A DNA stretch of 64,000 bases from Asterias rubens (lineage: Eukaryota). Every line of letters begins with the position of its first letter. Within the stretch, counting starts at the first letter, position 1. Position numbers and translations under genes: made by a program. The notes below the pieces were generated by a model that was not told where the DNA came from, ran no database searches, and saw nothing but the letters and a program-made list of their open reading frames with translations. Where the stretch lies: the NCBI RefSeq assembly GCF_902459465.1, contig NC_047074.1, positions 9,176,001 through 9,240,000 on the forward strand, in the 5' to 3' direction. This document shows, one piece after another, positions 51,750 to 63,620 of the stretch.

Positions 51750-53765
51750 TAATGGACCTACATGAATTGACCCAATTTCATAGAGTTGCTTGGAGAGTTT
51801 TGGTTATTTGTGTATAGGAAAAAAAGAAGAACAAAAAACAATGTCCACAGATTTACATTACACGGCTTGAAGAAAAGTGTGGTAGAAAGCTTCCCAAATA
51901 CCAATACTGGTAAATACGTCTGTTAAAATAATGTTTTTACGTCTGTGAAAATTATTTTCATCATTGTATTACTCATTACTCAAAAACTACAGCACTTCAG
52001 CAAGTAAAATTTTAAGGGAAGCTTTCTACCATCATAATCTTTAAACCGTGTAAAGTTTACCGTAAATCTGTGGACATCGTGTTGTGTTCTACAAAAGGTA
52101 GCCACCAAACCAATTAAGCAGAAAATTGCTTTAAAGGTTCAAGCAACAATAAATACCCAGGATATCAGTCACATTCTTGCTCTACATGTGAAATTGTAGC
52201 TTTTCTTAGCTGGTAACACTTCTGGAACGCATGCCTGTGTTGTGTTTAAAGCTAATATTTGACCTCGGGCAGCTGCTATGAAATTGGATCATGTTGATGA
52301 CGTCAGTGTTTGTTTACAGACAAACTGGAAACCGTTAGTTCTGGTGCTTATCTATCGAAAAGGCAGTGCCCAGTTACAACACTATAGGCGTGTCAGCCCC
52401 AGTCCCAATGCAAAAATTTTCCATTTCACTGACACACCCTCTAAATATAAATAAAAGATTCCAGCTCAATAAGAGATCCCCCTTCGATTTATGTGGCAAA
52501 ATCCAGTCTATAGGATATCGAGGACTCAGGTTATTGCACTTTTGAGAAACTGCCGAAATAAACAAACGGTCATAAATAATGGCACATGCCTTCATCAAGG
52601 GTTGCAACGTACAAAGAAACCATAATGTCATCAGTGGGGTCTATTGGAGAAATCAAAACTAGTTAATTAAAAAAAAAAAGGAATCATAAGTTTGCCTTAA
52701 TGTCTAGTTGATTGTTAAGAAGTTTAATCATGTTTGCTATGCTATGAAATTACGTGATAAAACGATTGATAACATTTTTGAGTTCATCCCTCTCTAATTA
52801 AAAACAAATTGGTGAGGGAGGGGGTTTTCAATAGCGTTGTTCGTAAAAGTAACTGCTCATTCCTAAAGGAGTTGTGACACACATTTTGTTGAACCGAACA
52901 AATACAATATTATTTCAAGACATTGATGTTTCCATTAACTTAATAAAAAAAAATGTGCAAGAAAGAGTTTTAAATTCGTGTTTTCTTTCAAGTTTAATGT
53001 CCGGAAAGCTCTACTTCCCCATAATGTGCTGTTTAGCGTAGACTTTAAGCAATCTGGCAGAAGACCAAGAGAGGGCGCACTACACCATGGTAATAATCAA
53101 AGAGTTATCTAACGGTTGCACCACACTTTATATGATTCATATGCCGAGCTAATTATAGTTTATGTGTAAACCCAAGTATACTTACTTTTGAAATTATGTT
53201 TTTGGGGTCATGCATTTAATAGATTTAATATTTTTAGGAGATTTGATAAATTTAGGCTCTTCAGTTTCTGACGTCAACTTCGAGGCTCATATCCTTGCGG
53301 ATTCAAGACATGGACCCAGTGTAGACGCTACCGAGCTTGATATTGGTGATGGACATGGGGCATAATGGTTACCCCCCCCCCCCCACCCCCACCCCCTCTA
53401 TAAGCCATTTTGAGGTACGGTGGACACATTACCAGCGCTTTATTTGGTATGGGTAAAATCGTCTGAATACACCCAAACCGAACAGTTCATTCCTATGGTG
53501 TCACCATACTTGTGTATTCATTATCTGCTTGGAATCTCATGAATTCTTTAAATGGTTTTAATATGGGGGTATACTTCATATAACTATATAAAAGGGAAAA
53601 GGTGCGTTTAAGTAGGGGAACATGGGGATACCAATAGTCTGAACATATGACGTCACACTTCGAGGCTCGTCAGCTATGCCAGAGAGTGGCCACGGCCTCA
53701 AGTCTGCATCAATATCTGACGGTCACGTGGTACGGATGTTACCGTTGATCTCGCATTTATGTTCG

Positions 53766-54183
53766 CATTCAAATTCTACGCACACGTTGACATAACAAGC
53801 ATCATCATATCATTTTGGATGTACATGCACTGTAATTATTTACGTTGTATCAATGATATCGCTGGTTCTGTGAAACCAGGATTGCGTTTTGGCGACTCCA
53901 ACCAAGCCCAACCGAATCAACAAGTTGGTTACCGGTTGGTCTGAACAGCATCGTCACCGCGGTTCAACCGAACACGCGAAATCGCTCAACCGATGACCAA
54001 TGTTTCTGGTTGGGGTTGCCAAAACGCACTCCAATTGGCTTTCATTGTGACCCTCTTGCGGATAGAGTTAGAGTTTCACAGAACCAGCGATTTCATTGAT
54101 ACAACGTAAATAATTACAGTGCATGTACATCCAAAATGATATGATGATGCTTGTTATGTCAACGTGTGCGTAGAATTTGAATG
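53766..54183. repeat. Near-perfect 111-bp inverted repeat with a ~196-bp spacer
   Basis: 53766-53876 and 54073-54183 are reverse complements with one mismatch that I could see. Confidence 0.88.
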
Positions 54184-55437
54184 TCTACCAGTCTAGGGTA
54201 GTCCGACCCACTGCCCCCGTTTATGGCATGATATCATTTATAGAATGGTAGAAAGGTACTTGCTTTTCAGAACCAGCGATTTCATTGCATACATTACTTA
54301 ATTGGATAAACCTGCAGTGACATAGTGTTTTGATTGGTCTGCGGTGATGTGGGTGCAGCTAAACCAACATCACCTTGGACCAACCAAAACACAGAATTGA
54401 AAGCTTTCTTTCGGGTCGTCTCCATGCTGTGTGAACTGTGTATTATGTACAGTGCGTGTAATGTTGTTCTACATGTATGTAGGATTTGACTGCATATCTC
54501 CACGGGGATTGACCAAGGCTGGAGGCCACTACCTGGCCTGATTCACGGGTCTCGAAGTGTGAAGTCAGAAGTTCAGGCTAAGCTCGTTTCGGCTGTTCCT
54601 CATAGTCGTGTCACTACCCCCTCTCCCGTATAAAGTGTGGACGTGGAATGTGTTACGTCTGCACTTGATAAGAGGGGGGGGGGGGGGTATGGTGACACGA
54701 CCATGGACAGCTGGCACGGGCCTCAGACACATGCCAAATCCATCACAAATGTCAAGATAACTTCAGACTCAAATCTAGCCCACTCCGTCGATCGACCCAA
54801 AATAAAAATAATAAGTAACCGCGTTGACCCAGTATATATGGCACTCTGGAACAGTGAGAATGACAACCTGCTGTTTCAAACTGATGAAGCCAACTAAAAA
54901 AAAAAAAATGTTTAGCGTCCCCATCTGCTTCCTTTCGTATAGGCTAGAGGCCATCTCGGTTTTGTTTTGGTTTTTTTATCGATCCAAGAAAAACAACAAA
55001 ATAGCCCGGCCAGTTGTCTTTAAAAATGTGTCGGCCATAAAGGGGAGAGGGATGCTAAACGTTTTTTTTTATGTTTTTTTTTTCATTATTCCCAATGTAA
55101 TCCCTCAATCAAGATTACTAAAAAAATAATGTCATCACGATAAGGGAAAAAAGGGGTTAAAATATAAAGCTATCAAATTAATTAGTAAGTCATTGATCGA
55201 CATTTTACTGATTACTTTATACGTCCATTGTCAAGGAATGCGTTTTAGATGAAATAACTCGTGTGATTATCAAAGTGATGTTGTACAAACTTGTTCTGCA
55301 TTAAATTTTATCCTCAGTTCACGAAGTGGCTAGCTGGCTGATGAAAGGTGCGTTCAAATTGAGACACGTCGCAGGGAATACAGGTAGGTGTGTACAGATT
55401 GGATTTTTTTTTAGTTAACAAAATAATTTCATAATAC

Positions 55438-55830
55438 AGGCACTAGACACCTTTGGTATAAATTGTCAAAGATCAGTATTCTCACTTGTGGTGTATCTCA
55501 ACATTTGCATCAAAATAACCAACCTGATGGGAAATGTTTTGCTCAATTGGTCTTCGAAGTTGCAAGAGAATAATGAACGGAGAAAAACCACTGTTCTTTG
55601 CACTAGTTTGATTCAGATTGGAATTCCTAATAAAAGGCTTCAGGCCTGAATGTTTTCAATAATTATTTAAGTGAGAAATTACCTTTTTTCAAAATTATTT
55701 TACTTTAAAGTGAAGTTAATCTCACAATGGCGTATATTATCAACACGTCTCTTTTTCTCGTTACCAAAAGTAAGTTTTTATGCTAACATTGATTTTGAGT
55801 AAGTTTGAGTACCAAACTTGTCCAGTGCCT
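55438..55830. mobile_element. Diverged Kolobok-like MITE
   Basis: aggcactagacacctttggt ... cttgtccagtgccttaa; shared interior. Confidence 0.7.
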
Positions 55831-56129
55831 TAAAGTGGTTGTTGAAGACGTTTCATACTGAAAAGGGTATCGTATATTCTAAGAAATATTATTTATCCCC
55901 GATGCAAACTTCAAATCCGTTGAAACCTTGCGGTACCCTTTGCTGAAACATTCTTACATTGACAGGAAGATTCGGTATATAATAATCATAAACGATACCA
56001 CAGAATGCCTCAAGAATTTTTCTTGAGAAGGGTACATTTTGTGATACTTGAGGACTTGGAAATAACCACGGTTCACTATACTTTACAAGTGCTTAACTAT
56101 GTGTCTTGTTTATTGTATCAAACAGCATA

Positions 56130-58106
56130 ATGCAGGTTCGTGTGGGTGTATACTTGGCCGTTGCCGCCTGGCTTTGCATCCTGGGGACGGGTCAGTCAAC
56201 AGAGTTGTACATGACGACCTCGGGGAGTATCCCAACAAAAGCTCCACCGACAACCCCTGGCAAGCTCCCAACTAAGGTTCCACCGACAATTCCCCCCAAA
56301 CCACCCACAGAGGCTCCCACTGCTCCCCCAAAACCACACACAGAGGCTCCTATGACAACCCACAAACTACTCACTGAGGCCCCACACACGACTCCTAAAC
56401 CACCCACAGAGGCCCCCACTGCTCCCCCAAAACCACACACAGAGGCTCCCACGGCTCCCCAACAACCACCTACTGATGCTCACACGGCTCCCCCAAAACC
56501 ACCCACAGAAGCCCCACCCACCACACCGATCAAACCCCACATTGCTTGGCCCAAAGGAACCTACGCTCTCCCTAAGCCAGTGTCCCTATGCCCGTACAAC
56601 CACTACAACTGGAAGACGGGATACAGGTACCACGACACACAAGACACATTTCCGAACAATCAATGGTCGGATCCCCTGCATCTTCTCGGCCCGTACTATC
56701 ACAATAACATGCAGCAAAACTTCTGCGTAAAGACGGACTACCAGACGTCCGCGCTTGACCCTGAGTGGGAGAAAGGAAACTACTGCATCATGAAGAAAGG
56801 GGAATACTGTCCTAACAAGGGTGAGACCATCCCAATCTTGTGTCGTTGTTTCACTGAAAGCCACGCAAACTTCACACAACATAATAGCAAAGGATATATA
56901 CTCTCAAAAATAAATAAATAATAAAGAAACATTTATAAGCGCCTTATGCAAAGCCTCAAAGCGTTGTACACAAATATAAAATCAGCTGACATCTATTTCA
57001 CCTGACAACTCACACCTGGTATCTTCATGTAAAAATCATTTTACAAACAGTTGACCATACACTCCCTAGTAGGGCTGCTGGCTTCCCAAGACAGATTAAA
57101 ATCTCGACACCCATTATTAAGTTTGATGTCCCAAGTAATTCAATTTAAACGCACCTAATCTGTGAAAATGATGTTGTAAAAAAAAAACAAAAAAAAAACG
57201 CACGTATCTACACAACAAGGTACTCAAGGCGCTGAGTATAAACAAACTTTCAGAGATAAATTTTATTGCCGTGATGAATTCTGAGACCCTATTATTTAGC
57301 ACCTAAGGGTTTTCGAAGGTGCTACGGTGCATACAGCAGCCACAGCCAAGAACACCGGGGAGAACCCCTTCTCTTTTCGATATTAAAGTGCACTGGGTTA
57401 TTTACATGCGTTTACAACACATGGAACCAACGGCTTTACGTCCCAGCGAAGGACGAAGCAATGGCTTCAAAGTGTCTTGCTTAAGGACACAAGTGTCACG
57501 GCTGGGGATTCGAACCCACACTCGATGGACTACGGTGATTATTCAGTGTGTTTCATTTAATGGAAGAAATAAAAGATAAACATTTGAAAACTCAAGTAGA
57601 ATAGTAAACTTTGCATGGTGGAACACGATATGGTAAGATATGCAGTTAAACACAATGTAATCGATTGTCGAGTTGAAACCTATACTGTTCTTGTTTCAGA
57701 ACCACCGCAACTCAAACCTGTCATTAATTGTGTTTCTTTGTTTTATTATCTGATAGGCTTCAACGAAGGCTGGATCAAATGGGACGACCAGAACCTCTTC
57801 AATAAAAACAAACACGGCGGTGTTATGCCAGAGGGCGTCTACGACCACAACACAAAGATCTACTTCTGCTGCAGGGAGGATGGCGACGTGACCACGCCCA
57901 TAGTTCTCCCTTCAGAAGAACCGTTCTTTCTCTTCCGAAAGCACAACACTTGTCAGCGGGTCTTGGGCATGAGGGTACACGAGGAATGGTTCAAGTGGGA
58001 TGGGGAGGACGATTTCATAGACTTCGACAAGTACCGCGAGGGTTCCGTCCCGGATTTGGAGAGCAAAGGGGATAACCATAAAATAATGTACTGTTATTAC
58101 AGCTAA
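56130..58106 (+). CDS. Apextrin-like secreted protein: signal peptide + Pro/Thr tandem-repeat stalk + ApeC, 2 coding exons, 346 aa
   Basis: Exons 56130-56820 and 57757-58106 (phase 1). MQVRVGVYLAVAAWLCILGTGQS, then repeats of the type PPKPPTEAPTA, then ApeC (WPKGTYALP..YFCCREDG..YCYYS). Confidence 0.92.
56225..56535 (+). repeat. Coding tandem repeat (~33-nt / 11-aa unit PPKP[PH]TEAPT[AT]) in the stalk of the third ApeC gene
   Basis: Repeated ccccaaaaccac..acagaggctccc units; about 8-9 degenerate copies. Confidence 0.85.
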
Positions 58107-59517
58107 GCGTTTTGTTTTTGTTCAAATTCAACTTGGCATTCAGTACCTGGTGAATTTAAAGAAAGAAAACAATTAACGAATTAAGAGCAAATATGGCGAA
58201 TAAAAGACACCATAGAACTGGTTGAGAAGAAAATATTAATGAGAAGAATTAGGCCTATTAATGGTATATTTATTTCATCAATACTGATTAAAAAGACACT
58301 TACAGTAAAAACTACTGAGTTGTTGTCTTTAATTGATCTGTCATTTTCATGTAAGAAACTAGTGCTTACGGGTAAACAATTTCATGAAATTGGTTTTATG
58401 GCTCTGGAAAGAATTGGCGCTTACGGGCTTACGGAAGCAGGTATTTCACTGGACTGGGCCCATCTCTTTACCTGCAGGGATAAAGACAGGTACCTGCTAC
58501 TCAGATCCAGTGTCTCCATTGGATACAATGATATCATTGGATGAATGCAGTGACTATTAAAAGTATATGTGTTTGGGTACCCGAGTCAGTCCCCTGTGCC
58601 GTGCCTGTGGAGTGGGTCACATAAAACAATGACAACCTCTGACCGAAATAGATGGACTTGGGATCTAAACCTTAACATGAACACTGTTTGAAACCTCAGA
58701 GAACCAAGTGAAACCTAAACCAAGAACTATAAACTGAAAAACCAAAACTAAAACACAATGCCAAAGCAAAGCTGCATGCTTAAACCAACATTTATTTAAT
58801 TCAAAAATACAGTTCTTCTATCAAAGTTAGGTCAGAGGGAAACACGTGGTCTTTAAAAGTGCAGTCACAGGTTAAAGAAAAGTAAACTTCAAGACTGAAT
58901 CTTAAAAATACTAACACAGGAATATTACAATATTGTCAAAATATTTAACGTATTGTACCATACAAAACGGAAGTATAATGCATAAACAGCGGCTATACAG
59001 AATGCTCAGAAGTAAAGAGTATTTCTGTTTCCACGGAAAACGGAAAAAACATAAAACGAGTCTCGTACCTCACGTTAAAACATGGTAAAAATGGTCTTTC
59101 CCCGAAACACTCCAAGCCAAAATTCTGAAAATTGTGAGGTCAAACAAATCGGCGCGACAAAGGAATCGTGATGTCAGTGTCGGCTATAAAATAGCGCCCT
59201 CAGTTGGACAAAGATGGAGAACTTTGTTCAAACCCAAGATGAGGGGAAAATCGTCACTTGCGTCAAGGGGTTATTATAATAGATAAGCCGTTTTTGCCTC
59301 TGGGCTAAAAAAGCCGCGCAGAGAGGTGCATTTTTTACTTGAATTATTTATTACCAAATGCAAATTTTAAGCGTAAAGTGGTTATAAATCGGTATCTACG
59401 ATGTCTGTTTGCCAAAAAAAGTGTAATAGTTAAAATATTGAGATTCTCCTGAAGCCGCTGTTTAAATTTGTTCAGAAAGCGTACTGCAGAGAACCAACGC
59501 ACAACTAAATTCACATA

Positions 59518-59595
59518 ACGGGCCTGGCCGGGACTCGAACCGGGGTCACCTTGGTGAGAGGCGAGCGCTTAACACACAAGCCAACCGTACCACGA
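59518..59595 (-). mobile_element. tRNA-derived SINE head (not a functional tRNA)
   Basis: Minus strand ...ttaagcgctcgcctctcaccaaggtgaccccGGTTCGAGTCCcggccaggccc has a B box and an anticodon-arm-like segment, but the A box and acceptor stem do not fit a tRNA. Confidence 0.55.
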
Positions 59596-60839
59596 ACCCG
59601 AACTGGCATAGACTTAGACCGACCCGCTGGACGGTTTAAGTTTTTGGGTTTAGACCCATCCGGTCTAACTATTTTTGCGTTCAGACGCACAAAAGTTGAA
59701 CCCAAACCGGTCCAAGTTGAGTTAGACCAACTTTAGTACATACGGCGTGTGAACGATTGCATAATATTCAAGATAGTTCATTTATGGTTTCAAGTTAAGT
59801 GCCCTTTTCTGTTTACTTTTCCTCCTAAAGCTGTTTTTTTTTTATTTTTTTTTATTTTTTTTTTATAATCCCAGGGATTCTTATTTATTTTCCACTGTCT
59901 CTTGTTTCAATATTCGTACAAACAGTTCTTACATGACAAATACAATATACAATAGTATTAACAATAAAAGCAAGTTAACCTTGGCCTAAGATCAAAAATG
60001 AGTCCCATTTCTGATAAAACTTGAAGTTTACTCCATTAGTAAAAAACATAAATGTTTCCATTGAATAGTACTTTTTCACCTCTCGTTTTTAAACTAAAAG
60101 TGATGGGCGTTTCCCGATCATTTGCATTGTATACACACAAAGCTGTTTTATAGCACCCCTGGATTTTTTTTATTTTCTGAAAAGTCTTTCGTACTACAAG
60201 TAAACAGTCTCTTAATCCTTGGTGGTGGAGTCACGCATTCAGTACATGTACATAATAATATTCAGATATCAGCCTGGGCAGCGAAGGAGGAACACTGCAC
60301 ACTGTGCTCTCTCATCATCAAGTTCTAGTTTCTACTTGGCATTTCCAAGGTGTATTTTCTCCTATTTTGGACTCGGTAAGCATAGTATATTTTCATTTGT
60401 TATTGTAGAATTTGAAAAAAGTACACCGACGCGGTAGGGTTTGAATTGGGCATGTAATGGGCTTAAGTAGCAGCTTGGCCCACAAGCAAAGTGAAGTTCG
60501 TGAAATTGCGTTTTGGACGATCTTTTCCCTAATTTCTGCCCTTTAGGTGTTTTCATCAAAAGCAATATTCATGGATTAGTAACCTGAGGATCATGTTTTC
60601 CCCTTCAATTTGGTGGTCTTCAAGTACAGTGTGAATTTGGCATAAAATTGTGTGTGTGGGAGCAGGGGGTTTGGGGGTTGGTTGTATGGAATTTGTAAGT
60701 CCGCCCAAACAAATTATGATGATAATGTAATTCAATCTAACAATGCTGTTTTTATTGAAAACTACTCGGGAAGTGGATAAGCTGTTGAAATTTAGTTATT
60801 TGGTTGATAAATAATATAGTAAAACATTTCTATAAAAAA

Positions 60840-61079
60840 GGGCCCAATTTCATAGAGCTTCTAAGCAAACAAAATTGCTCAGCATGACATTTTTGCCTTG
60901 ATATAAAACAGGATTACCACCCAAATTTCCACGTGATTTTCAGGATAAGCAAACAACAGCTGGCCAGTAACAAGCAATTTGCAAACAATTGAAATTTGGT
61001 TGGTAATTATGTTTTTATCAAGGAAGAAATTCCATGCTAAGCAAATTGTTGTGCTCAGCAGCTCTATGAAATAGGGCCC
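60840..61079. mobile_element. MITE with gggcccaatttcatagagc termini; related pieces at ~42724-42926, 43664, 51770, 62643
   Basis: gggcccaatttcatagagctt ... gcagctctatgaaatagggccc. Confidence 0.7.
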
Positions 61080-61724
61080 TCATGATTAAATCTGCGAAAT
61101 GTTTGAAAGCATAAGGAACTAAATGTGTAACACTCATCTCAACAGATAATAACCCTCTCGTAAAAGAGAAAACGTTAGATTCAACAGAGAAGTTAACACT
61201 TATTTTCTGTCTACATCCAGTTACAGGTACACTGCATTTTTGTTAAAGTTGGACTGCGTTGTAAATACTTAGTGGTATTTGTAATTTAACCTAGTTACTG
61301 TTTAATGTCAAACTACTTTCGACACTGTTTTTGGAATGTCTGCTCTATAATAGTGCTGCTGCTATTTCTTTGATCTCCTTGGAATGACTCTCTTTCTTCG
61401 GCAATAGTTTACGGGATTAAAACATCGATTTCACAAAGCACCCAGATTCGTCTGAACATGGGTTGCTTGCCACAGTTAGTTGTATTGTAACTCTAACTGC
61501 GTCCCTCCACCCGCCCCTGCCCCCCCCCCTTATACCATACTATGCGTAAATCACCAACCGCACTTTCATACTTTGCGTTCGTCCATCCTCTTTTTTTTTC
61601 CAAAGAAATTATGTGAAATATATATATTTTTGAAATACGAAGCCGAAACAAAAATAACCCCCCTAGTATACAGATCACCGGACCCCCCCCCCCTCAAAAA
61701 AAGAAGAAAATTATAGATATATAG

Positions 61725-61920
61725 ATAGATAGATAGATATATAGATAAACGTTTTGTGTGCTATGCGTTGTTATGTAACGTCTTCCTATGATCCCTTTTT
61801 ACTAAAATCCCGTGGTCCAAAATAGATAGATAGATAAGATAAACGTTTTGTATGCTGTTCTTTGTAATTATGTAACGTCTTTCAAAGACCTTTTATACTA
61901 AAATCCGTTGGTCCAAAAAG
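61725..61920. repeat. (GATA)n plus ~105-bp direct duplication
   Basis: atagataaacgttttgt..tatgtaacgtct..tactaaaatcc..tggtccaaa twice. Confidence 0.7.
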
Positions 61921-62801
61921 CACACAAAAGCTTTGGTTGCGTAGGTTATGCAACACTAGGTGCGTTCTCAACCATGGAGGAAAAATTATGGTTCAACCAT
62001 GGAGCTATAATGTTTTGTTATCTTCAAAATTAAACAACCTATAACATTGATACGTTACGCAAACATACAAAACAATAGACCTACTAAGGAAAATATTAAT
62101 TGTCATGATCAGTCAGTTTAAGTTGAAGGGAAACACCGGCCCACCGTTTACGTTTACTTATGGTGCAGAATCATAGATAACACTCGTTTAGATGGTTGCT
62201 GTAAAACAAAATAATCAAAATATCACGTATGAAGTGGCGAAAATTTGTATTAAAACCCAAAAGCGGTCAAAAGGTGAGCGTATACGCTTTTCCAGCCGTT
62301 GCAACTGTCGAATCTACGTGACATTGTCGCGCACTGTTGCAGACTGATGCTTTGTTTATATCAACGTTTTACTATGGCGCAGCATAAGGATCCAGTCTAC
62401 TATCCATGGGTATTATAAGCAACCGAAGTATACACGCATCAGCCAAATCCTTTGACGTCCAAAGGTCGTCCCGAAGAACACAAAGAAACTACCCACAAAT
62501 ATATGACGGGACAAATTAAGAACAAAATAAAGCGTTTTAGATCCAGTATTGACTGACGTACCACTGGCATGATAAACTATGCCTATGTCATGATGCAGTT
62601 TTGAATTCGATCGTATGGCCTAACATGCTTCCGACGTGCCGGGGCTCAATTTCATAAAGTCTGTATTATTACAAGAAAATTGCTTAGCATAGAATAGTAG
62701 TGCTTAGCAGAAACTGGTTACCAACCCAAATTACTTAAATGTGGCTGGTGCTTGACTAATTTGTTTTTAGCAAAGAATTTGTTTTTGCATTTTCTGCTTA
62801 A

Positions 62802-63179
62802 AGACAGTGGACACTATTGGTAATTGTCAAAGACCAGTCTTCTCACTTGGTGTATCTCTACATATGCAAAAAATAACAAACCTGTGAAAACTTGAGCTCA
62901 ATCGGTCGTCGAGTTTGCGAGATAATAATGACAGAAAAAACACCCTTGTCATATGAAGTTGTGGGCTTTCTGATGCTTGATTTCGAGACCTCAAATTCTA
63001 AACTTGAGGTCTCGAAATCAAATTCTTTAAAAGTTACTTCTTTCTCGAAAACTACGTCACTTCAGAGGGAGCTGTTGCTCACAATATTTTATACCATCAA
63101 CCTCTCCCCACTACTTGTAATCAAGAAAGGTTTAATGATGATAATTATTTTGAGTAATTACCAATAGTGTCCACTGCCT
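62802..63179. mobile_element. Kolobok-like MITE
   Basis: ttaa|agacagtggacactattggtaattg ... ccaatagtgtccactgcct|ttaa. Confidence 0.82.
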
Positions 63180-63289
63180 TTAACAGATGAAACTGTGACC
63201 TGTTGTTACGTGATAGATTGTTTTAAGCAGCTTCGGGGAAGGGAATGGTATCTTGCGGGATTCGAAAGCGAACCTTGATGGATAGATGA

Positions 63290-63620
63290 AAGCTTCTTGA
63301 GATAACATAAGCGTATCTTGAGCGTATGTACGCGTAGCTGCGTACCTTGGAACGTAAGCGTATAGCTTGACTCAGGATTGAAAGCGTACCTTTTAATGGA
63401 ATGGAAGCGTTATAACTTGAAGGATTGTAAGCGTATCGTAGAACGTAAGCGTAGCTGCGTATCTTGGAACGTAAACGTAATGGGATTATTTAGCGAAACT
63501 TGATGGAATGAATTAAGCGTAACTTGAAGGAACATATATAGGCATCTTCTTTGGAACTAAAGCATAACCCATGGAAACATATATAGGCATCTTCTTTGGA
63601 ACTAAAGCATAACCCATGGG
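63290..63620. repeat. Degenerate aagcgta-rich tandem repeat ending in a ~46-bp exact direct duplication
   Basis: Many (a)agcgta units; ggaa(a)catatataggcatcttctttggaactaaagcataacccatgg twice at ~63529-63620. Confidence 0.7.

Noticed and set aside
59518-59595. tRNA-Glu/Asp-like sequence on the minus strand
   Set aside because: B box present but no proper acceptor stem or A box; better explained as a SINE head.
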